DNA of 64,000 nt, taken from contig CBDDFZ010000001.1 in assembly GCA_965227515.1 (NCBI GenBank), positions 2,848,001-2,912,000 of the forward strand. The letters are read 5' to 3'. The notes below the pieces were generated by a model. It did not search any database and was not told where the DNA came from. It saw nothing but the letters and a program-made list of their open reading frames with translations. Positions 59,291 to 64,000 of this stretch are shown piece after piece. Position 1 is the first letter of the stretch, and the number at the start of each line of letters is the position of its first letter. Made by a program: the position numbers and the translations under genes. Source of the DNA: Alphaproteobacteria bacterium. Lineage in GTDB: Bacteria > Pseudomonadota > Alphaproteobacteria > CALKHQ01.

Positions 59291-61519
59291 TCAGCCCAAC
59301 TGGCGCTGGCGGGCCAGCCGCAGCGCGTTGCCGACCACCAGCAGCGACGACGTCGACATGGCGACCGCCGCCACCAGGGGCGTGACGTACCCCGCCATCG
59401 CCACCGGCACCATCAACGCGTTGTAGCCGAACGACAGCCAAAGGTTCTGCCGCACCAGCCGGTTTGCCCGACGCGCGGTCTCCAGCGCAACCGCGACTGG
59501 CGCCAGCCGCTTGCCCTGGAACACCAGGTCGGCGGCGGCCTGGGTGACCGCGATGCCGGAGGCCGGCGACATCGACGCATCGGCGGCGGCAAGGGCCGGG
59601 GCGTCGTTCAGCCCGTCCCCCACCATCAGCACGCGCGCACCCTGGCCGCGCAGCTCAGCGAGCGCGGCACACTTGTCGGCCGGTTTCAGCGCGGCGCGCC
59701 ATTGCGCGATGCCGACGGCCTCGGCGGTCTGCCGTACCGGCGCCGTCTGGTCGCCCGACAGCAGGCCGATGCGGTAGCCGGCGTCCTTCAGGCGGGCCAG
59801 GGTCTCGCGCGCATCGGGCCGCGGCGTGTCGGCGAACCGGAAGCGCACAGGCGCCGCATCGGGCCTGGACAGCCACAACTCCGGCGTTTCGGCCGGCGGC
59901 GCGTCGACGCCGCACCATTCGGCGCTGCCCAGGCGTATCTCGCCCTTCGGCGTGGAAAGGGCGATGCCCATGCCCGGTGTTTCGATCGCGGCCGGATCCG
60001 GCTTTGCCATGCCGGCGGCCTGGACGATGCCGCGCGCCAGCGGGTGCAGGCTGGCGGCCGCCAGCGGGGCCGCATCGTCCAGCGCAGTCGGGTCCGGCGG
60101 GTCGATGCCGGCGAGGCGCGGGGTGCCGTCGGTCAGCGTGCCGGTCTTGTCGAACATGATTGTGTCGATGCCGGCCAGCCGTTCCAGGGCGGCGCCCGAT
60201 TTCAGCAGCACGCCGGCGCGGAACAGGCGGCCGCTGGCGATTACCTGCACGGCCGGCACCGCCAGCGCGAGAGCGCACGGGCAAGTGATGATCAGCACCG
60301 CGGTGGCATAGAGCAGGGCGTCCTGCCAGGCGGCGCCTGCCAGCCACCAGCCGGCGAAGGTCGCCAGCGCCAGCACATGCACGACCGGGGCATAGGCGCG
60401 GGCGATGCGGTCGGCCAGAATGACGAAGCGCGACTTGCGCTGCTCGGCGTCGGCCAGCAATCGCACGATACCCGCCAGCAGCGTGTCGTCGCCGGTGGCG
60501 GTGACTTCGATGGCCAGCTGGCCGGTCCGGCTGATCGTGCCGGCGTGCACATGGGTGCCGGTGCGCGCCGCGACCGATGTGGTCTCGCCGGTGATGGCGC
60601 TCATGTCCAGATCGCTGGTACCGAACACCACGTCGCCGTCGACGCCGATGCGCTCGCCGGGCGCCACCACGACCGTGTCGCCGACCGCGACCGCCTCCGC
60701 CGGCACCTGGCGCACCTGCCCGTCGACAGTGCGCAGGGCGACGGTGCGGCTTTGCATCGCCAGCAGCATGTGCGCGGCGGAGCGTGCCTTGCCACGCGCG
60801 CGACGGTCCAGGAAGCGGCCGATCAGCAGGAAGAACACCAGCGCCGTCGCGCTGTCGAAATAGGCATGCTCGGCGCCGATGATGGTCTGGTGCAGGCTGA
60901 GCCCGCAGGCCAGCAGGACCGCGAGCGTGATCGGCACGTCCATGTTCAGGTGGCCGGCGGCCAGCGCCCGCGCCGCCGAGCGGTAGAATGGGCGGGCCGC
61001 ATAGGCGACCGCAGGCAGCGCGATCAGCGCCGATATCCAGTGAAAGAGGGTGCGCGTCTCCGCCGCCATGCCCAGGTCGTGGCCGGCCCAGATCGAGATC
61101 GACAGCAGCATCACGTTGGCGGCGGCGAACCCCGCAACCGCCAGCGCGCGGAGCAGGGCCTTCTGCTCGCGCTGGTCGCCGTCGTCGGCGGCGGCCGGGT
61201 CGAAGGGTGCGACGCCATAGCCGAGGTTGCGCACCAGCGTCGCCAGCCGGTCGGCTTCGGCAGTGGTGCCGGACCAGCGCACGACCAGATGGCGCGCGGT
61301 CAGGTTGAGGCGGGCATGCGCCACGCCGGGCGCGTCGTTCAATGCGCCCTCGATCCGGGCGAGGCAGCCGCCGCAGTGGGCGCCCTCGACCAAAAGATCG
61401 AGCTGATGCAGCCCATCGCCCAGGTCGCGTACAGCGCCCTGGACCGACTGCTCCGGCAGCTCGGCCGCCGGTTCGGGCCGTGGCCGTATGTCCCCGGTGC
61501 CGAGGACGTCGGTGCTCAT
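59291..61519 (-). CDS. ccoI: Cu-translocating P1B ATPase CcoI/FixI
   Basis: HMA 'GAHCGGC', 'TGET', 'ITCPCAL', 'DKTGTLT', 'MVGDGLNDAPAL'. Confidence 0.95.
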   Translation of the reverse strand: MSTDVLGTGDIRPRPEPAAELPEQSVQGAVRDLGDGLHQLDLLVEGAHCGGCLARIEGALNDAPGVAHARLNLTARHLVVRWSGTTAEADRLATLVRNLGYGVAPFDPAAADDGDQREQKALLRALAVAGFAAANVMLLSISIWAGHDLGMAAETRTLFHWISALIALPAVAYAARPFYRSAARALAAGHLNMDVPITLAVLLACGLSLHQTIIGAEHAYFDSATALVFFLLIGRFLDRRARGKARSAAHMLLAMQSRTVALRTVDGQVRQVPAEAVAVGDTVVVAPGERIGVDGDVVFGTSDLDMSAITGETTSVAARTGTHVHAGTISRTGQLAIEVTATGDDTLLAGIVRLLADAEQRKSRFVILADRIARAYAPVVHVLALATFAGWWLAGAAWQDALLYATAVLIITCPCALALAVPAVQVIASGRLFRAGVLLKSGAALERLAGIDTIMFDKTGTLTDGTPRLAGIDPPDPTALDDAAPLAAASLHPLARGIVQAAGMAKPDPAAIETPGMGIALSTPKGEIRLGSAEWCGVDAPPAETPELWLSRPDAAPVRFRFADTPRPDARETLARLKDAGYRIGLLSGDQTAPVRQTAEAVGIAQWRAALKPADKCAALAELRGQGARVLMVGDGLNDAPALAAADASMSPASGIAVTQAAADLVFQGKRLAPVAVALETARRANRLVRQNLWLSFGYNALMVPVAMAGYVTPLVAAVAMSTSSLLVVGNALRLARQRQLG

Positions 61520-62088
61520 TCCACGACCAGCCGGTGCTCGGCTCGATGGTGGTCGTCACCGTGGTCGATCTCGACCCGAATCTCCCACAGGCCAGCCAAC
61601 GGCAGGTCAACCGTCGCTTCGTATCGACCATCGCCGACAGCCGCCAAATTCGCCTCGATATCGAAGCCTTCGTGGATCGGGCGCCTGAGCGTGGCGGTGA
61701 CCGTGGCGTCGTCGAACGGCGCGCCGTCACGGTCGGACACCGTGGCGCTCACCAGCATCTGCAGGGTTGAGTCACCCGGCACCCTCGTGGCGCCGATGGC
61801 CACCTGCCAGCCCCTGGCGTTCTGCGCCGCGACCTCATCGAGCGTGCGGTTGTAGGTGAGGCCACGGTCGTAGGCGCCGTCGGTGGCCAGCCCGTTGAAC
61901 GAGCCCAATGCCAACGCGAGCATCACGCCGTTGACCGCGATCACGAGCAGGAAGCCGCCGACGATGGCCCAGGGAATCCAGCGGCTGCGGCGCGGGTCGA
62001 CGTCGTCGTCCTGACCATCATTTCGAAATGGGCCGCCGTATCGATTGGGGCCGCTATGTTGGGCCAGTTCATGGTCCATGGAAGACAT
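61516..62088 (-). CDS. ccoH: FixH/CcoH family protein
   Basis: 'WIPWAIVGGFLLVIAVNGVM...AYDRGLTYN...GW'. Confidence 0.88.
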   Translation of the reverse strand: MSSMDHELAQHSGPNRYGGPFRNDGQDDDVDPRRSRWIPWAIVGGFLLVIAVNGVMLALALGSFNGLATDGAYDRGLTYNRTLDEVAAQNARGWQVAIGATRVPGDSTLQMLVSATVSDRDGAPFDDATVTATLRRPIHEGFDIEANLAAVGDGRYEATVDLPLAGLWEIRVEIDHGDDHHRAEHRLVVE

Positions 62089-63589
62089 CGGTCGTCCTCA
62101 CCACTTCGCCGCCATCGGGGTCCTCGACCACGAAGGTCACGTCGACGGTATCGTCGCCGAGCGTGTCGGGCGGCACGGCAATATACACCTGATAGGTCGT
62201 CACATCATCGGCGGCGGCGGGCAGGGCGACCGGCGCCGTCGCCGCGTCGTCAATGCCGACGATCCGGAACGTCGGGTCCTCAAGGCCCTCCACCGACAGC
62301 ATCAGCACGCGGTCGTCGTGCGACATGTTCAGGAGCTTGATCTGGTAGCCGTTGCGGATCGAGCCGTCCGAGAGCGTGATGAACAGCGGGTTGCGCTCGT
62401 GCAGAACCGTCACCGCTTCCGACGAGCGCGTCGACAGCGCGACCGTCATGATGATCGCCACCAGCAGCATGCTGGCGACATAGGCGATGGTCCTCGGCCG
62501 GACGATGCGCGGCTTTTGCATGGGCGGCGCCTTATCCATCGGCAGCGGGCCGCCACCGGCCAGCGCCGCCGCCTCCTTGGTCAGGGCCTGCATGTTGCTC
62601 TCGGTATCGAAGGCGATCAGCCCGCGCGGCCGGCCCACCTTGTCCATGATCCCATTGCAGGCGTCGATACACAGCGCGCAGCCGATGCATTCCAACTGGA
62701 TGCCGTCGCGGATGTCGATGCCCATCGGGCAGACCGCGACGCACTGCTTGCAATCCACGCAGTCGCCGCGCCCCTCCCAGGTCTGGTTCTTCTTGTGGGC
62801 ACCGCGCGGCTCGCCCCGCCAGTCGCGATAAGTCACCACCAGGCTGTCCTCGTCCAGCAGGGCGGCCTGGATGCGCGGCCACGGGCACATGTACGTGCAC
62901 ACCTGCTCGCGCGCCCAGCCGGCGAGGAGGTACGTCGTCATCGTGAACAGGCCGACGAAGAAGTAGGTCGCGGTGCCCGACTGGCCGGTGAAGAACTCGG
63001 CGACCAGGGTCGGCGCGTCCTGGAAGTACATGATCCAGGCGCCGCCAGTGAACAGCGCGATCAGCAGCCACGTGCCGTGCTTGGCGGCGCGGCGCGCCAG
63101 CTTGTTGGTCGACATCGGCGCCTTGTCCAGGCGCATGCGCTGGTTGCGGTCGCCCTCGATCAGCCGCTCGACCCACATGAACAGGTCGGTCCACACCGTC
63201 TGCGGGCACGCATAGCCGCACCAGATCCGGCCGAACAGGCTGGTGGCCAGGAACAGGCCGAGCGCGGAGAGGATCAGGATGCCGGTGAGGTAATAGACTT
63301 CCTGCGCCCAGATCTCGATGAAGAAGAAGTACGCCCGCCGGCCAGCCAGGTCGATCAGGATCGCCTGGTCCGGTACGCCCTCGCCACGGTCCCACCGCAG
63401 CCATGGCGTGATGTAGTAGATGGCGAGCAGGGCGATCAGCCCGCCCCATTTGATCGCGCGATAGCGGCCGTTCACCGCCTTGGGGTACACGCGTACGCGG
63501 CTGGCATAGAGCGAGGTCTTCTGCTCCTTGCGCGACAGAATATCGTCGGCGCCAGCGAGCGCAGCGTCGTTCGAGGTGTCGTCCGTCAA
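62069..63589 (-). CDS. ccoG: cbb3-type oxidase accessory protein CcoG/FixG
   Basis: 'GRIWCGYACPQTVWTD', 'CTYMCPWPRIQ', 'DCVDCKQCVAVCPMGIDIR', 'ECIGCALCIDAC'. Confidence 0.96.
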   Translation of the reverse strand: MTDDTSNDAALAGADDILSRKEQKTSLYASRVRVYPKAVNGRYRAIKWGGLIALLAIYYITPWLRWDRGEGVPDQAILIDLAGRRAYFFFIEIWAQEVYYLTGILILSALGLFLATSLFGRIWCGYACPQTVWTDLFMWVERLIEGDRNQRMRLDKAPMSTNKLARRAAKHGTWLLIALFTGGAWIMYFQDAPTLVAEFFTGQSGTATYFFVGLFTMTTYLLAGWAREQVCTYMCPWPRIQAALLDEDSLVVTYRDWRGEPRGAHKKNQTWEGRGDCVDCKQCVAVCPMGIDIRDGIQLECIGCALCIDACNGIMDKVGRPRGLIAFDTESNMQALTKEAAALAGGGPLPMDKAPPMQKPRIVRPRTIAYVASMLLVAIIMTVALSTRSSEAVTVLHERNPLFITLSDGSIRNGYQIKLLNMSHDDRVLMLSVEGLEDPTFRIVGIDDAATAPVALPAAADDVTTYQVYIAVPPDTLGDDTVDVTFVVEDPDGGEVVRTTDVFHGP

Positions 63590-63745
63590 GCTCCACGGCC
63601 CTTCCTCAACAGTCGGTGCACGGCGATCTCGGGGGACATCGTCGTGCCGACCAATTGATGAAAAACACGCGGGCGCGGGGCAGTCCCGTTCGCCTCGCGT
63701 GGATCAACGGGCCCGGTGTGCCGTATGTGCCACCGGCTGCCCACC

Positions 63746-64000
63746 CTACATGCCGCCACCCAGGCTGTGCACGTACACCGTCAGCATGTTGATGGTGCCC
63801 GGGTCCAACCGGTCGACCCAGGCCGGCATCACGCCATGCTGCGGATTTTCGATCTGTGCGGCAATCGCCGCCGGCGTTCCCTCGAACAGCCAGATGCGGT
63901 CGGCCAAACGTGGGGCACCCAGGGATTGCAGGCCCTCGCCATTTGCACCGTGGCAGGCCGCGCACTGCTGCGCGAAGGTCTCCGCGCCGCGCGCGGCGGC
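63746..64000 (-). CDS. ccoP: cbb3-type cytochrome c oxidase subunit III, C-terminal part (5' end off-window)
   Basis: Read by hand: 'FAQQCAACHGANGEG...GAPRLADRIWL...GVMPAW...YVHSLGGGM*'. Confidence 0.93.
   Translation of the reverse strand, partial: AAARGAETFAQQCAACHGANGEGLQSLGAPRLADRIWLFEGTPAAIAAQIENPQHGVMPAWVDRLDPGTINMLTVYVHSLGGGM

Noticed and set aside
59165-61855. 896-aa plus-strand ORF, and similar long ORFs at 3651, 27693, 40802, 44893, 53100, 55788 and 62045
   Set aside because: Antisense shadows of well-supported genes, expected in high-GC DNA; no recognisable motifs.

Overview
GC-rich alphaproteobacterial chromosome. Synteny is Rhodospirillales-like; this is an inference. About 47 kb is conserved housekeeping order: mlaE-alr-dnaB-cfa-rplI-rpsR-rpsF / fabDG-acpP-fabF-mltG-yicC-gmk / rsmA-surA-lptDGF / pepA-holC / ABC-F / ndk / purNM / DUF2066-hdaA-SDR-ppk1-ppx / rnd / aspS / eipB / dinB / mak / divK / tRNA-Lys(CTT). 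The window ends in cbpM-cbpA and the cbb3 oxidase ccoP-GHIS cluster. Small insertions interrupt this backbone: an MBOAT + SGNH-like + lysozyme-like lipoprotein block with a perfect CtrA box, a ParDE pair whose toxin has no canonical start codon, and REP-like palindromic doublets. pdxA is missing from its usual site. The main observation is a ~10.1 kb integrase-free island just after tRNA-Lys. It is bounded by a 93-bp direct repeat of the cbpM 3' end (47454-47546 / 57667-57759). It carries one tightly coupled five-gene operon: an acidic helical protein with a WxG motif, a small coiled-coil protein, a single-HKD phospholipase D/Nuc protein, a ComEA-HhH + single-HKD PLD + DUF4332-like protein, and a 2040-aa Rhs protein with a glycine-zipper/hydrophobic segment and a PD-(D/E)xK (Tox-REase-7-like) tip. 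I see no PAAR, VgrG, signal peptide or downstream immunity gene. I do not recognise this combination as a described system. All family calls come from reading motifs by eye; no searches were run.
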